Shown: in pieces, positions 38,761 through 49,672 of the stretch | How the letters are laid out: the number at the start of each line of letters is the position of its first letter | How positions within the stretch are numbered: the first letter of the stretch is position 1 | NCBI GenBank assembly: GCA_947626965.1 | Contig: CANQUH010000002.1 | Coordinates: forward strand, 1-64,000 | Origin: an uncultured Lachnospiraceae bacterium | GTDB lineage: Bacteria > Bacillota > Clostridia > Lachnospirales > Lachnospiraceae | DNA: 64,000 bases | Reading direction: 5' to 3' | The notes under the pieces: generated by a model | What the model saw: the letters and a program-made list of their open reading frames with translations, nothing else | Told to the model about the DNA's origin: nothing | Databases searched by the model: none | Translations under genes and position numbers: made by a program

Positions 38761-39855
38761 TCATGTGACTATTTTGATCTCTCCGTCCCCGACATAGCGG
38801 GACCCGGAGCGGATCGTGTTCCTGCTCTCAACAATACAGTTCTCAAGATACACATCATCGCCGAGATGTACGCCGTTCAGGACGATCGAATTTTTGATCA
38901 CACAATTGCTGCCGACAAATACCTTCTTGAAGATCAGTGAATTCTCAACCATTCCATTGATGATGGATCCTCCCGCAATAAGACTGTTTCTCACAATGCT
39001 TCCGGGATTATACTTGGCCGGCGGATTGTCATCCACCTTTGAATGTATATCCGGATACTCCCGGAAAAAATAATCTCTGACTTCTTTTTTCAGGAAATCC
39101 ATGTTTGTCCTGTAGTAGGACTCTACCGACGCAATATTGCTCCAGTAGGATTCCAGCCTGTATCCGTAGATACGCTTCGCGTCCTTGCAGCGGATGAGCA
39201 CATCCTTCACAAAATCATACCGGTCTTCCCGGATGGACTTTTCGATCAGCTCAATCAGCTGACGCCTCCGGATGACATAGATCCCACACGAAATCGTCTG
39301 GGAAGAAGCCTCCATCGGTTTCTCATCAAACTGTACAATACGGTTGTCCTCATCCAGACGGAGCACGCCGAATCTCGTCGCGTCATCCGTACCGGCAATA
39401 TCCTTGCAGATTATCGTGATGTCCGCATTTTTCTCCGTATGATACTCCAGGACCTTCTCGTAATCCAGCTTGTAGATACCGTCACCGGACGCGATCACCA
39501 CGTACGGTTCATGGCATTCCCGCAGAAAATCCAGGTTCTGATGAATCGCGTCCGCAGTTCCGCGGTACCAGAAACTGTTCTCCTGCGTCACCATCGGCGG
39601 AAAGATGAACAGTCCGCCCTGCTTCCTTCCAAAATCCCACCACTTGGAAGAGCTCAGATGCTCGTTCAGGGACCTGGAATTATACTGGGTCAGAACCGCC
39701 ACTTTCTGTATTCCCGAATTGGACATACTGCTCAGCGGAAAATCGATGCTCCGAAAACTGCCTGCGATCGGCATCGCCGCAATGGCCCGTTTGTTTGAAA
39801 GCTCCCTCATCCGGTAGTTGTTTCCGCCGGCAAGGATCATACCCACCGCCCTCAT
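38761..39855 (-). CDS. glgD: Glucose-1-phosphate adenylyltransferase subunit GlgD
   Basis: [16 protein letters not shown]... NTP-transferase fold, degenerate relative to GlgC; C-terminal LbH repeats. 4-nt overlap with glgC. Confidence 0.8.
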   Translation of the reverse strand: MRAVGMILAGGNNYRMRELSNKRAIAAMPIAGSFRSIDFPLSSMSNSGIQKVAVLTQYNSRSLNEHLSSSKWWDFGRKQGGLFIFPPMVTQENSFWYRGTADAIHQNLDFLRECHEPYVVIASGDGIYKLDYEKVLEYHTEKNADITIICKDIAGTDDATRFGVLRLDEDNRIVQFDEKPMEASSQTISCGIYVIRRRQLIELIEKSIREDRYDFVKDVLIRCKDAKRIYGYRLESYWSNIASVESYYRTNMDFLKKEVRDYFFREYPDIHSKVDDNPPAKYNPGSIVRNSLIAGGSIINGMVENSLIFKKVFVGSNCVIKNSIVLNGVHLGDDVYLENCIVESRNTIRSGSRYVGDGEIKIVT

Positions 39856-41126
39856 ACCACATCACCTGCCTTGTCCAGAATCTCTCCGCTGGCAAGCGCG
39901 CCGTTCGGATAATCCTCCTTCACGGTCACACCTGTCACTGCCGTGTTTCTGCCAATACTGACATCTGCCGGAATCACGGCGTTTTCGCCGATCACCGCAA
40001 GACCGAAAGAATAGACGGACGGCTTCACTTTGTTCGGAAGCTCCACACCGACTCCAACCTGCGCCCGTTCTCCGATCACGGCGTTTTCCGCAATGATGGC
40101 CTTATCGATGAGCGCGCCCGCTTTGATCACGGCATTCTGCATGATGATCGAATCGCGGACAAGAGCGCCTGGCTCTATGATCACGCCCGGGCTTATGACG
40201 GACTTGTATACCTTGCCGTAAATCTCTGTCCCGTCCCCGATCAGGCTGTCCAGTATATACGCCTCGGGAGCGATATACTGAGGAGGCAGAATATCGTTCT
40301 TGGTGTAGACATTCCAGAATTCCTCATAGAGGTTGAACTCGGGAATAATCGCGGTCAGTCCCATGTTCGCCTCCCAGTAAGAGCCAAGTGTCCCGACATC
40401 CTTCCAGTATCCGTTGAACTCATAGGCCGCCAGCTTCTCTCCTTTTCCGTGACAGTACGGGATGACATGCTTCCCGAAATCACAGTTGCTCTGCTCGGAG
40501 AGCTCAATCAGAGCTTCCTTCAGAGCCTGCCACGAAAAAATATAGATGCCCATGGAGGCCAGATTGCTCTTCGGGGTTTCCGGCTTCTCCTGAAACTCGA
40601 CGATCCTGCCGTCCTGATCCGTCACCACGATGCCGAAACGGCTCGCTTCCTCCATCGGAACCGGCATGACCGCAATCGTGACATCCGCCTGATGCGCTTT
40701 ATGGTAATCCAGCATGATCTCGTAATCCATCTTATAGATATGATCCCCGGAAAGGATCAGCACATAATCCGGATGGAAGGATTCCATGTAAGCCAGATTC
40801 TGATAAATCGCATTGGCCGTTCCCGTATACCACTCTGTCTTCCCGGTCTTCTCGTAGGGCGGAAGTACGGTAACACCGCCGACATTCCTGTCCAGATCCC
40901 ACGGAATCCCTATGCCGATATGAGTGTTCAGCCGAAGAGGCTGATACTGGGTCAGCACGCCGACCGTATCAATTCCGGAATTGATGCAGTTGCTCAGCGG
41001 AAAATCAATGATACGGTACTTGCCCCCAAATGCCACCGCCGGCTTCGCGACTTTCGCGGTCAGCACGCCGAGACGGCTGCCCTGGCCTCCGGCCAGAAGC
41101 ATGGCTATCATTTCTTTTTTGATCAC
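39852..41126 (-). CDS. glgC: Glucose-1-phosphate adenylyltransferase
   Basis: [44 protein letters not shown]. Confidence 0.9.
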   Translation of the reverse strand: MIKKEMIAMLLAGGQGSRLGVLTAKVAKPAVAFGGKYRIIDFPLSNCINSGIDTVGVLTQYQPLRLNTHIGIGIPWDLDRNVGGVTVLPPYEKTGKTEWYTGTANAIYQNLAYMESFHPDYVLILSGDHIYKMDYEIMLDYHKAHQADVTIAVMPVPMEEASRFGIVVTDQDGRIVEFQEKPETPKSNLASMGIYIFSWQALKEALIELSEQSNCDFGKHVIPYCHGKGEKLAAYEFNGYWKDVGTLGSYWEANMGLTAIIPEFNLYEEFWNVYTKNDILPPQYIAPEAYILDSLIGDGTEIYGKVYKSVISPGVIIEPGALVRDSIIMQNAVIKAGALIDKAIIAENAVIGERAQVGVGVELPNKVKPSVYSFGLAVIGENAVIPADVSIGRNTAVTGVTVKEDYPNGALASGEILDKAGDVV

Positions 41127-41410
41127 ATTATCACCTCTGCCTGCATTACTTTCGTGAATAGTATATCATACTTCAGCGAAATAATAAACATATATTACAA
41201 AATTCTCCCACAAATTAACGGGTTTTTATCATAATTAACGTAATTTTTCTATGAAAGGATCATTTCTTCTCTTTTGTTACTGGAATTATGCAATAAATTT
41301 TTTATTTATTTTTGTATATTTTTACTATTTTCGACATGCAAAAGTTCTTGGATTTTCAGAACGGTGAGCGTATAATAGATTATACACTAATAGATAAGGA
41401 GATTTGCAGA

Positions 41411-42790
41411 ATGTATCAAATAAATTATAATCAGTCCGCGCATGTCCACTTTATCGGTATCGGAGGAATCAGCATGAGCGGCCTCGCGGCTGTTCTCCTT
41501 GAGGAAAGATTTACCGTCAGCGGCTCCGACACGAAGGAATCCCCCCTGACCGACTGGCTGACAGAAAAGGGAGCTTCCATCGTTTATGAGCAGTCCGCTT
41601 CAAATATCACAGACAACATTGACGTCGTCGTCTACACCGCGGCAATCCATCCCGACAACCCGGAATTTGCCGCCGCCAGAGAAAAGGGAATTCCGATGCT
41701 CTCCCGCGCGGAGCTTCTGGGGCAGCTTATGCGCAACTACAGAACGTCGGCGGCGGTCGCCGGCACACACGGAAAAACCACCACGACTTCCATGCTTGCC
41801 CACCTTATGATGGCAGGAAATCTTGATCCCACAATCTCCGTAGGCGGTATTCTTCCCTCTATTAAAGGAAATATCCGCGTCGGCTCCTCCGAAGTATTTC
41901 TGACGGAAGCATGCGAATATACCAACAGTTTCCTTGAGCTTTCCCCGAAAATCGGGATCATCCTGAACATCGAGGCCGACCATCTCGACTTTTTTAAGGA
42001 CCTCGATGATATCCGGCACTCTTTCCGGCTCTTTGCCGAAAAAATACCGGCGGACGGAACACTGATCATCAACAGCCAGATTCCGGATCCCGATTACATC
42101 ACAGCCGGTCTTTCCTGCCGGATTGTGACGTTCGGTTCCGACAGCGGCGATTATCACGCCGCGGATATCACATACGATGAAAATGGCTTCGCTTCCTTCA
42201 CTCTCATGAAGAACGATGTCCCGGCAGGACGGTATCAGCTGTCCGTCCCCGGAGAACACAACATCTCCAACGCGGCCGCCGCGCTTGCCGCCGGCGATCT
42301 GCTGGGGATCCCCTATGAAAAAATGGCCGCCGGCCTGTCCGAATTTAAAGGTACGGACCGCCGTTTCCAGAAAAAGGGCGAAGTTTCCGGAATCACGATC
42401 ATCGACGATTACGCGCATCACCCGACCGAGATCAAAGCGACGCTTCACGCCGCCGCAAAATATCCGGGAAATACGACCTGGTGCGTATTCCAGCCGCATA
42501 CCTACAGCCGGACCAAATCGCTTCTGGACGATTTTGTGGAAGCGCTCTCTCTGGCTGACAGGATCGTCCTGGCCGACATTTACGCTGCGCGCGAGGCCAA
42601 CGATCCCGAAATCAGCTCCTCCATGCTCTGTGAAAAACTTGTCTCCAGAGGAAAAAAAGCCTGGTATTTCCCCACCTTCAGGGAAATCGAAGCTTTCCTT
42701 ATGGAAAACTGCGCACCGGGAGATCTCATCATCACCATGGGCGCCGGCGACATCGTAACTGTCGGCGAGGATCTGCTTAAAAATCACTGA
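41411..42790 (+). CDS. murC: UDP-N-acetylmuramate--L-alanine ligase
   Basis: HVHFIGIGGISMSGLAAVLLE...AVAGTHGKTTTTSM... Start ATG at 41411 after AAGGAG. Confidence 0.9.
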   Translation: MYQINYNQSAHVHFIGIGGISMSGLAAVLLEERFTVSGSDTKESPLTDWLTEKGASIVYEQSASNITDNIDVVVYTAAIHPDNPEFAAAREKGIPMLSRAELLGQLMRNYRTSAAVAGTHGKTTTTSMLAHLMMAGNLDPTISVGGILPSIKGNIRVGSSEVFLTEACEYTNSFLELSPKIGIILNIEADHLDFFKDLDDIRHSFRLFAEKIPADGTLIINSQIPDPDYITAGLSCRIVTFGSDSGDYHAADITYDENGFASFTLMKNDVPAGRYQLSVPGEHNISNAAAALAAGDLLGIPYEKMAAGLSEFKGTDRRFQKKGEVSGITIIDDYAHHPTEIKATLHAAAKYPGNTTWCVFQPHTYSRTKSLLDDFVEALSLADRIVLADIYAAREANDPEISSSMLCEKLVSRGKKAWYFPTFREIEAFLMENCAPGDLIITMGAGDIVTVGEDLLKNH

Positions 42791-42866
42791 CACACTGCCC
42801 TCCGGGAAGGACTTCCAATTGTCCTCCCGGAGATTTTTTTCCTCTCCTTAATTCATTTTTTACCCG

Positions 42867-43084
42867 TTTATCCACAGCATATTCTTCCATATTCTCCTGA
42901 AATTACAGTTATCCGCAAAGTTATCCACATTATCCACACACTTATGCACATTTTTCTTTCCACATCCGGTGGATTACTCTGTGGATAATTTGATTTACAT
43001 AATATTTCGGCACTCTTCCCTTCCTGTCGCCATTTTACGCGCGCCGGACTTTTTATTGTCAACTTCTTATCCACTTATCCACAC
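42867..43084. promoter_or_regulatory. DnaA-box cluster (at least 5 perfect TTATCCACA and 3 one-mismatch boxes) upstream of dnaD-dnaI.
   Basis: Perfect boxes at 42867-42875, 42921-42929, 42930-42938, 42980-42988 (reverse strand) and 43076-43084. Near-perfect boxes ttatccgca 42909, ttatgcaca 42942, ttatccact 43067. Confidence 0.75.
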
Positions 43085-43233
43085 GAAAGCCCTGTTGCCA
43101 AAACATTCTGTTCTCTTTTTCGTCCGAATATGTTATACTCATACTCTGGAATCCGCGAAGCGCAAAGTTACCGACGTTTCTATCTGGTGCTGCCCTGTAC
43201 CGCAGGGCATGAGAGTTTATCGGGAGGCTGATC

Positions 43234-44259
43234 ATGAGACTACATACGACTGCTCCCTCCGGAGCTACCCTGGTTCAGAACACCTTTATTGATCACTATA
43301 TGCTGCAGGCAAACGGTGAATACGTCAAAGTTTACCTCTATCTCCTGCGCTGTGCGGGGGGAAATATGGATCTGACACTCTCCTCCGTCGCAGACGCGCT
43401 GGAATACACGGAGAAGGATCTGCGCCGCGCGCTGGCCTACTGGGAAAAAGTAAATCTTCTGCAGATGGACTGCGCCCCTGACGGCACCATCCAGGATATC
43501 ACCTTTGGCAATCCCATGGTTTCCGAGGCCGCGCCTGCCTCTGTCCCCGCCTCTTCCGCAAAACAGCCGGAGGACCGGCAGTTTCCGGCTTTAAACCGCG
43601 AACGGATGGACGCGCTCCGGGAAAACGCGGATATCCGCCAGCTCTTTTTTGTCGCGGAACAATACCTTCAGCGTCCTCTCTCCTCAGCCGAGCAGGAGGA
43701 TCTGCTGTACTACTATGACTCGCTGCATCTTTCGGCTGATCTGATCGAATACCTGCTGGAATACTGCATTTCCAAAGGATCCGCCAGCCGCCATTACATG
43801 CGGAAAGTAGCGCTGGCCTGGGCGCAGGCAGGAATCACAACGGTCTCACAGGCGCGGGAGGAAACAAACCTGTACAACAGGAATTATTTCTCAATCATGA
43901 ACGCTTTTGGCATCAAGGGGCGGAATCCCGCCGCATCGGAGCTCAAAACCATGTCCTACTGGATCAACGAGCTGGGATACTCCCTTGACATTATTCTGGA
44001 GGCCTGCCACCGCACAATCCGCCAGACGCATCAGCCGAACTTTCAGTACGCGAACAAAATTCTGGAACAATGGAAAAAGCAGGGGGTACGGTCATCCGCC
44101 GATATCGCGGCGCTCGACAGAAAACGCCAGGCGGAACAAAAAGACCGCCAGCAGCGGCAGCAGCAGCCTCAGGCCAAAACCAGCAGCAACCGCTTCAATA
44201 ATTTCAATCAGCGGGAATACGATTACGGCCAGCTTGAACGCCGGCTTCTGAATCCCTGA
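43234..44259 (+). CDS. DnaD-domain replication initiation/membrane attachment protein (DnaD or B. subtilis DnaB-like)
   Basis: N-terminal ...YMLQANGEYVKVYLYLL... (winged-helix DDBH1-like) and a C-terminal DnaD-like domain. GGGAGG RBS. Followed by the helicase-loader gene. Confidence 0.7.
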   Translation: MRLHTTAPSGATLVQNTFIDHYMLQANGEYVKVYLYLLRCAGGNMDLTLSSVADALEYTEKDLRRALAYWEKVNLLQMDCAPDGTIQDITFGNPMVSEAAPASVPASSAKQPEDRQFPALNRERMDALRENADIRQLFFVAEQYLQRPLSSAEQEDLLYYYDSLHLSADLIEYLLEYCISKGSASRHYMRKVALAWAQAGITTVSQAREETNLYNRNYFSIMNAFGIKGRNPAASELKTMSYWINELGYSLDIILEACHRTIRQTHQPNFQYANKILEQWKKQGVRSSADIAALDRKRQAEQKDRQQRQQQPQAKTSSNRFNNFNQREYDYGQLERRLLNP

Positions 44260-44345
44260 AGGCCGCGGGAATATTTGAAAACAGGACTGCCGCGATGCCG
44301 CCGGATGACAGGGAACGCAGCCTTGAATATGAATGTGAGGACAAA

Positions 44346-45449
44346 ATGGGAATAACAAATTCGCAATATAACATGATCATGCGCGGCTACGAACGGCAGC
44401 AGCTTGCCAACCGGCAGCAGCTTGCCGACCGCCGCCAGGAAATCTACGGGCGGCTCCCTGAGTTCGCCCGCCTCGACCGGGAGATCGCTTCCGCCAGCAC
44501 CGCCTGCGCGCGGGCCATGCTGGAATCCCCGTCTGTGCCGGGACAGACAGTTTCCGGCAAAAGCCCGGCTGATCTTCAGGCCGGCAAAACAGCCTCCGGC
44601 AGCAGCGGCCGCCCCACAGTCTGGCTGGACCAGAAAACCGGAAGGCCGTCTGTGGAAGCGCTGCGCGCCCACATCCGCCGTCTTTCCGCGCAGAAGACAG
44701 CTCTGCTCGTATCCGCGGGCTATCCCAGAGACTATCTGGAGCCGCATTTTCACTGTCCTGACTGCCAGGATACCGGCTACATCGGGACGGAGAAATGTCA
44801 CTGCTTCCGGCAGGCGATCATCGATCTTCTCTACACGCAGTCGAATCTGAAAGAATTTCTGGATACGGAAAATTTTTCCAGGTTCTCACTTGGCTATTAT
44901 TCTACCGACATCGTTGACCGTGTGACGGGATTGAACGCAAGACAGACTGCCAGGCGCGCGCTCGACGAGTGCAGGAGATTCGTAAAAAACTTTGATGTTT
45001 CCTTTGAGAATCTGTTTCTGTACGGAGATACCGGACTCGGGAAAACCTTTCTCTCTCACTGTATCGCACGGGAGCTTCTCGATACGACCCATTCCGTGAT
45101 CTATTTCTCGGCCTTCCGCCTGTTTGAGCTGTTTGCGGACGCGACTTTTGGCAAAAACAGCGGCGAACTGCCTGAGGAACTGGAACATCATATTTTTGAC
45201 TGTGATTTTCTGATCATTGACGACCTTGGAACAGAGATGACGAACACTTTCGTGTCCTCGCAGCTGTTTCTTATCCTGAATGAGCGGATCCTGCGCCGCA
45301 AAAGCACGCTGATCTCGACCAATCTCGCGCTCGGAACCTTCGCAGACACCTACTCCGAACGGGTATTCTCCAGGATATCAAGCTCCTATACCATGCTGAA
45401 ACTGATCGGCGACGACATCAGACTCCAGAAGAAACTGAAAAACAGCTGA
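44346..45449 (+). CDS. dnaI: Primosomal helicase loader DnaI (DnaC/IstB-like AAA+ ATPase with N-terminal zinc finger)
   Basis: HFHCPDCQDTGYIGTEKCHCF zinc finger. GDTGLGKTFLSHCIA Walker A. FLIIDDLGTE Walker B. Confidence 0.8.
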   Translation: MGITNSQYNMIMRGYERQQLANRQQLADRRQEIYGRLPEFARLDREIASASTACARAMLESPSVPGQTVSGKSPADLQAGKTASGSSGRPTVWLDQKTGRPSVEALRAHIRRLSAQKTALLVSAGYPRDYLEPHFHCPDCQDTGYIGTEKCHCFRQAIIDLLYTQSNLKEFLDTENFSRFSLGYYSTDIVDRVTGLNARQTARRALDECRRFVKNFDVSFENLFLYGDTGLGKTFLSHCIARELLDTTHSVIYFSAFRLFELFADATFGKNSGELPEELEHHIFDCDFLIIDDLGTEMTNTFVSSQLFLILNERILRRKSTLISTNLALGTFADTYSERVFSRISSSYTMLKLIGDDIRLQKKLKNS

Positions 45450-45653
45450 TCTTTCCACACAGATGAATTGCGGCAAATCGACGTTCACGACCGGTTATTG
45501 AAATAAATACAATCCGATACTTGACCGGCGATCGATTTATGATAGAATTGAAATATAGATTTTTTATAGTAATACAGATCAGGCAGTTTAATTATTCTGA
45601 GAACAACCAGTTTCAGGCAGTGTTATCTGCCGCTTTTTACGGAGGATTACTGT

Positions 45654-46829
45654 ATGCAGTCTGCATTCGAACGAAATCTTGAGACGATTCCTGTTGGTGA
45701 ACTTGGCATCATCGCGCTGAAAAGCTGCGAGACGCTCGGAAAGAAAATTGACGCCCATATTGTACAGTGGCGCAGAGAACGTGAACATGAACACAAAGGA
45801 AATCCTCTTCTTCAGACTTACTCCAGAGACACTTATCTGATCGACACAAAAGTGCCGCGCTTCGGATCCGGGGAGGCAAAGGGCCTGATCAACGATTCAG
45901 TCCGCGGCGACGATCTCTTTATTCTGGTGGATGTCTGCAACTACAGCCTGACTTATTCGCTGTTCGGACATACGAACCGCATGTCTCCGGACGACCATTT
46001 TCAGGACCTGAAACGTATCATCGCGGCTGTCGGCGGCAAAGCGCGGCGTATCAACGTCATCATGCCGTACCTGTACGAGAGCCGTCAGCACAAACGTACC
46101 GGCCGAGAATCGCTCGACTGCGCGCTTGCCCTCCAGGAACTGGAGAAGATGGGAGTCGACAACATCCTTACTTTCGACGCCCACGACCCCAGAGTCCAGA
46201 ACGCAATCCCGCTCCACGGCTTCGAGACGATTCAGCCGATCTACCAGTTTATCAAAGGGCTGTTCCGCGCGGCGCCCGATCTTGAAATTTCTCCGGAAAA
46301 ACTGATGATCATCAGCCCGGATGAAGGCGCGGCAGGACGCGCGATTTATATGGCAAACGTGCTCGGCGTCGACATGGGCATGTTCTATAAGCGGCGCGAT
46401 TACACGAAGATCGTAAACGGACGGAACCCCATCGTTGCGCATGAGTTCCTGGGAGCTGACGTCACAGGCAAAGATGTCGTGATCCTCGACGATATGATCT
46501 CCTCCGGCGACAGCATGCTGGAAGTCGCGGTGGAGCTTAAGAAGCGCAAGGCCGACCGTATTTTCCTCTGTTCGACCTTCGGCCTGTTCACAAACGGACT
46601 GGAAAAATTTGACAAAGCCTACCTGGAAGGAAAATTTTACGCGCTGCTCACGACTAATCTCGTCTATCAGTCGCCGGAACTTCTGCAGAAGCCCTACTAT
46701 ACAGGCTGCGATCTGAGCAAATATATCGCGCTTCTGATCGACACGCTGAACCACGACGGTTCTGTCAGCGAGCTGCTGAATCCGACTGCGCGCATCAACA
46801 ACTTCCTTGAAAAGAAGAAACAGCGTTAG
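45654..46829 (+). CDS. prs: Ribose-phosphate pyrophosphokinase family protein (long, 391-aa form)
   Basis: ILTFDAHDPRVQNAIP (PRPP-synthetase flexible-loop region) and VVILDDMISSGDSMLEV (PRPP-binding PRTase motif). Confidence 0.75.
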   Translation: MQSAFERNLETIPVGELGIIALKSCETLGKKIDAHIVQWRREREHEHKGNPLLQTYSRDTYLIDTKVPRFGSGEAKGLINDSVRGDDLFILVDVCNYSLTYSLFGHTNRMSPDDHFQDLKRIIAAVGGKARRINVIMPYLYESRQHKRTGRESLDCALALQELEKMGVDNILTFDAHDPRVQNAIPLHGFETIQPIYQFIKGLFRAAPDLEISPEKLMIISPDEGAAGRAIYMANVLGVDMGMFYKRRDYTKIVNGRNPIVAHEFLGADVTGKDVVILDDMISSGDSMLEVAVELKKRKADRIFLCSTFGLFTNGLEKFDKAYLEGKFYALLTTNLVYQSPELLQKPYYTGCDLSKYIALLIDTLNHDGSVSELLNPTARINNFLEKKKQR

Positions 46830-46842
46830 CCGCCGCAGAAGT

Positions 46843-46875
46843 CAAAGACCCCGCTGCAAGCAACGGGGTATCAAT
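46843..46875. repeat. Repeat family 3 copy, caaagaccccgctgcaag(c/t)aacggggtatcaatc.
   Basis: Second copy at 9108-9141. It contains a CCCCG...CGGGG hairpin. Confidence 0.7.
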
Positions 46876-46982
46876 CTTGCAGCGCCCCAAGGGGCGGGGT
46901 ATTTGACCCTCGCGGCATTCGTCAAATATCCATGCAGGCATGGCTATTTTCCTCATTGCTCGCGGAAATAAAAAAATAAGGA

Positions 46983-47104
46983 GGCTGGAGCTGTCGGAAA
47001 ATACCGGTCGGGCTGTCACGAATCCATTGTACACATGTTTGCGACATCTGTACAACTGGATTATGAAAAGCCCTTCCTTTTGTATCTTCCGACAGCTCCA
47101 GCCC
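46983..47104. repeat. Long inverted repeat: perfect 17-bp arms (GGCTGGAGCTGTCGGAA / TTCCGACAGCTCCAGCC) enclosing 88 bp that contain a second palindrome (TGTACA...TGTACA).
   Basis: Read directly. Lies in the convergent prs/nfo intergenic region. Confidence 0.8.
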
Positions 47105-47211
47105 TTTCTGTCCCCGGAAATGTAAAGAGTAAGAGGGCAAATCTTCCGCAAACGAATGAATGCGCCGGCAGAAACAGGAGCATCCGGAACTGTAATCCAA
47201 AAAAGCGCAGA

Positions 47212-48045
47212 TTAAACACCCCGCAGCATCCGTATCTCTTCGGCGTAGCCCGGCAGTTCATTCGGAGTTTCCAGGCAAAACGGCAGATGCGAAAGCCGTG
47301 GATGATGGACCACGCGGTACAGAGCGTCGAATCCCAGCGCTCCCTGCCCGATCTTCTCATGCCGGTCTTTATGGCTCGCAAACGGATTTTTGCTGTCGTT
47401 GACATGAACGGCACGCAGCCGGTCCAGTCCGATCACACGGTCAAACTCATCGAGGACCTGATCCAGATTCCCCACAATGTCATACCCCGCGTCGTAGACA
47501 TGACAGGTATCAAGACATACTCCCATATGCTCACTCAGCTCCACGCGCGCAAGAATCGCTGCCAGCTCCTCAAAGCGGCTGCCCACCTCGCTTCCCTTGC
47601 CCGACATTGTCTCAAGCAGCACGGTCGTATGCTGATCCGGCTTCAGAATCTCATTCAGCATATCGGCAATCAGTTCAATCCCCCGCTCGATCCCCTGCCC
47701 TACATGGCTTCCCGGATGAAAATTATAGACATTGCCCGGCAAATACTCCATGCGCCTCAGATCATCCTCCATCGTCATCCGCGCAAACTCTCTTGTATGT
47801 TCATCTGCCGAACACGGATTCAGCGTATACGGAGCATGCGCCACAATCGTGCCGATGCCGTGTTCCGCGGCGTATGCCAGATACGCCTCCACATCTTTTT
47901 CCTTTATCTCCTTCGCCCTGCTCCCCCTCGGATTCCTTGTGAAAAACTGAAACGTGTCCGCCCCGATCGAGACTGCCTCTTTTCCCATATGAAGAAATCC
48001 TTTCGCACAGGAGAGATGACATCCCAGATATACATGTTCTGACAT
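47212..48045 (-). CDS. nfo: Deoxyribonuclease IV (endonuclease IV)
   Basis: [41 protein letters not shown]...AHAPYTLN...HPGSH... TIM-barrel AP endonuclease 2 motifs. Confidence 0.9.
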   Translation of the reverse strand: MSEHVYLGCHLSCAKGFLHMGKEAVSIGADTFQFFTRNPRGSRAKEIKEKDVEAYLAYAAEHGIGTIVAHAPYTLNPCSADEHTREFARMTMEDDLRRMEYLPGNVYNFHPGSHVGQGIERGIELIADMLNEILKPDQHTTVLLETMSGKGSEVGSRFEELAAILARVELSEHMGVCLDTCHVYDAGYDIVGNLDQVLDEFDRVIGLDRLRAVHVNDSKNPFASHKDRHEKIGQGALGFDALYRVVHHPRLSHLPFCLETPNELPGYAEEIRMLRGV

Positions 48046-48055
48046 AAATCCCTCC

Positions 48056-49555
48056 TTAATCACCGGCTTTTATCTTTTCCAGAATTCTGCGTTCTCTGTC
48101 CTGGCAGGTAAAAAGAATCACCTGACGGCCGCTGTGGTACAGCCACCCAAGCACAGCCGCAAGCCGCGCGTCGTCGTACATTGCAAACGGCTCGTCAAGA
48201 ATCAGCGGAAGCTGCCTTCCCCCCGCAAACAGCTCGCCCGACGCAGTGCGCAACGCAAAATAAACCTGCTGCATCGTTCCAAAACTCAGCTCGTGCAGCT
48301 TCAGCAGCCTGTCCTTCGACTGGACCTGAAGTTCCAGCGAATCGCCCAGCGATACCCTCGTATATCTGCCCCCCGTGATCATGGAAAGTATCTCCGACGT
48401 CTTCTGGGCCAGATCTCCGCCGGATTCCTGAAAAACAGAGGAAGAAAGCTCTGTGATCCGGCTGATCGCCAGATTCAGCGCCTCGATCTCCAGCGAGCTT
48501 CCCTCGATCTTCATATGATTCTGGTAGAGCAGTTCCAGCTCGCTCTGCAGCTGCCGGTATTTGTCCTCCTGATTTTCAAGCTGTTCCCTGACCGCTCCGA
48601 TCTGCCGCTCCTTCTCCTCTGTCCAGTCCTGATCCCCTTCCTCATCCCCTGACAGGAGTTTATGCACCGGAAACAAAAGCGCGAGAAAGATAACGGCAAA
48701 TGTGCCAAGAAAGATACGCAGCTGCGGCACGCGGAACAGCCATGCCATCGCAAATGCAAGCAGGGCCGCGATTACCAGAAGCGCTTCCGTCATGATTCTG
48801 TAGTTCCTGCCTTTATCCTCTTCTTTTTCATTTTCCTGGTCTTCGTCTTCCGGCCCTTCCTGCCGGAACTGCTCAGGCGGCCGCTTTGTCAGTTCCTTTT
48901 CTTTTTCCTTCAGGGAATCAATCTCCCTGCGTACGTAATCCGCTTCCGCCTGCCGGCGCCCGATCTTTTCCTCAAGCTGCTGTTCCTCCGCCTTTTTTTT
49001 CTGAACAAACTGTTTCTTCTTTTTCTGAAGACTCTGCAGCGCCCTCGAGACATCCGTCTGCTGATCAAGCGACTGGTCATAATTCACCATAAATCCGCGC
49101 AGTTCTTCCATCAGAGCCTCGTCCGTCTCCGCACGGGCCTGCCGGACAAACAGCGTATTGCAGAAAGCCGCCTCGCTCATTCCTCCCAGAAGCCGCCGTA
49201 TCTCTTCCTGCCCGTCCTCTGCTTCCACAGCCTTCGACCGGTTGACCACCGTACAGGACTGCTGTCCCCGGTTAAAATTCCGGTCAATCTGATACGTTTC
49301 CCCATTTTCAGACAGCGTCATGCTCCCCGCAAAATATGAAGGATCATCCCATGGCTGGCGCAGGCTGTATTCGTCCGTCTTTGCCTGCCGGCCGCGGCCT
49401 CTGTCCAGTCCGAAAAACATTGCGCGTACAAATGAGTGAATCGTAGTTTTCCCTGTCTCATTCCTGCCGTATATAATATTGACCCCCGGCTGCAGCGTGA
49501 TCCGGTGATCCCTGAATTTTCCGTAATGTTTCAGATGTAATTCCTTTATTTCCAT
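48056..49555 (-). CDS. SbcC/Rad50-like AAA ATPase with internal TM helices (YhaN-like)
   Basis: Walker [10 protein letters not shown]. Long coiled-coil. Two hydrophobic helices ([21 protein letters not shown]...). C-terminal signature and D-loop region [12 protein letters not shown]. Confidence 0.6.
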   Translation of the reverse strand: MEIKELHLKHYGKFRDHRITLQPGVNIIYGRNETGKTTIHSFVRAMFFGLDRGRGRQAKTDEYSLRQPWDDPSYFAGSMTLSENGETYQIDRNFNRGQQSCTVVNRSKAVEAEDGQEEIRRLLGGMSEAAFCNTLFVRQARAETDEALMEELRGFMVNYDQSLDQQTDVSRALQSLQKKKKQFVQKKKAEEQQLEEKIGRRQAEADYVRREIDSLKEKEKELTKRPPEQFRQEGPEDEDQENEKEEDKGRNYRIMTEALLVIAALLAFAMAWLFRVPQLRIFLGTFAVIFLALLFPVHKLLSGDEEGDQDWTEEKERQIGAVREQLENQEDKYRQLQSELELLYQNHMKIEGSSLEIEALNLAISRITELSSSVFQESGGDLAQKTSEILSMITGGRYTRVSLGDSLELQVQSKDRLLKLHELSFGTMQQVYFALRTASGELFAGGRQLPLILDEPFAMYDDARLAAVLGWLYHSGRQVILFTCQDRERRILEKIKAGD

Positions 49556-49672
49556 GAATCTCCCCCATCCGCCAAAACACTCCTGCCTGTTCTGCAGGAC
49601 CGAGCAGGAGGCGTTTTTTCGTTACAGTCCACTTCCCGCAATCCCGAGGTCTGAGGCGCATGGCTCTCCACC

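Noticed and set aside
43234-45449. DnaD-like plus DnaC/IstB-like pair as a prophage replication module.
   Set aside because: It is flanked by murC and prs with no integrase, terminase or structural genes. DnaA boxes, rather than phage iterons, lie upstream. More consistent with the chromosomal primosome operon.
45450-45653. Riboswitch (PRPP or purine-type) in the prs leader.
   Set aside because: Only a promoter (TTGACC ... TGATAGAAT) and a short GGCAG-loop-CTGCC hairpin are visible. No conserved aptamer motif recognisable by eye.
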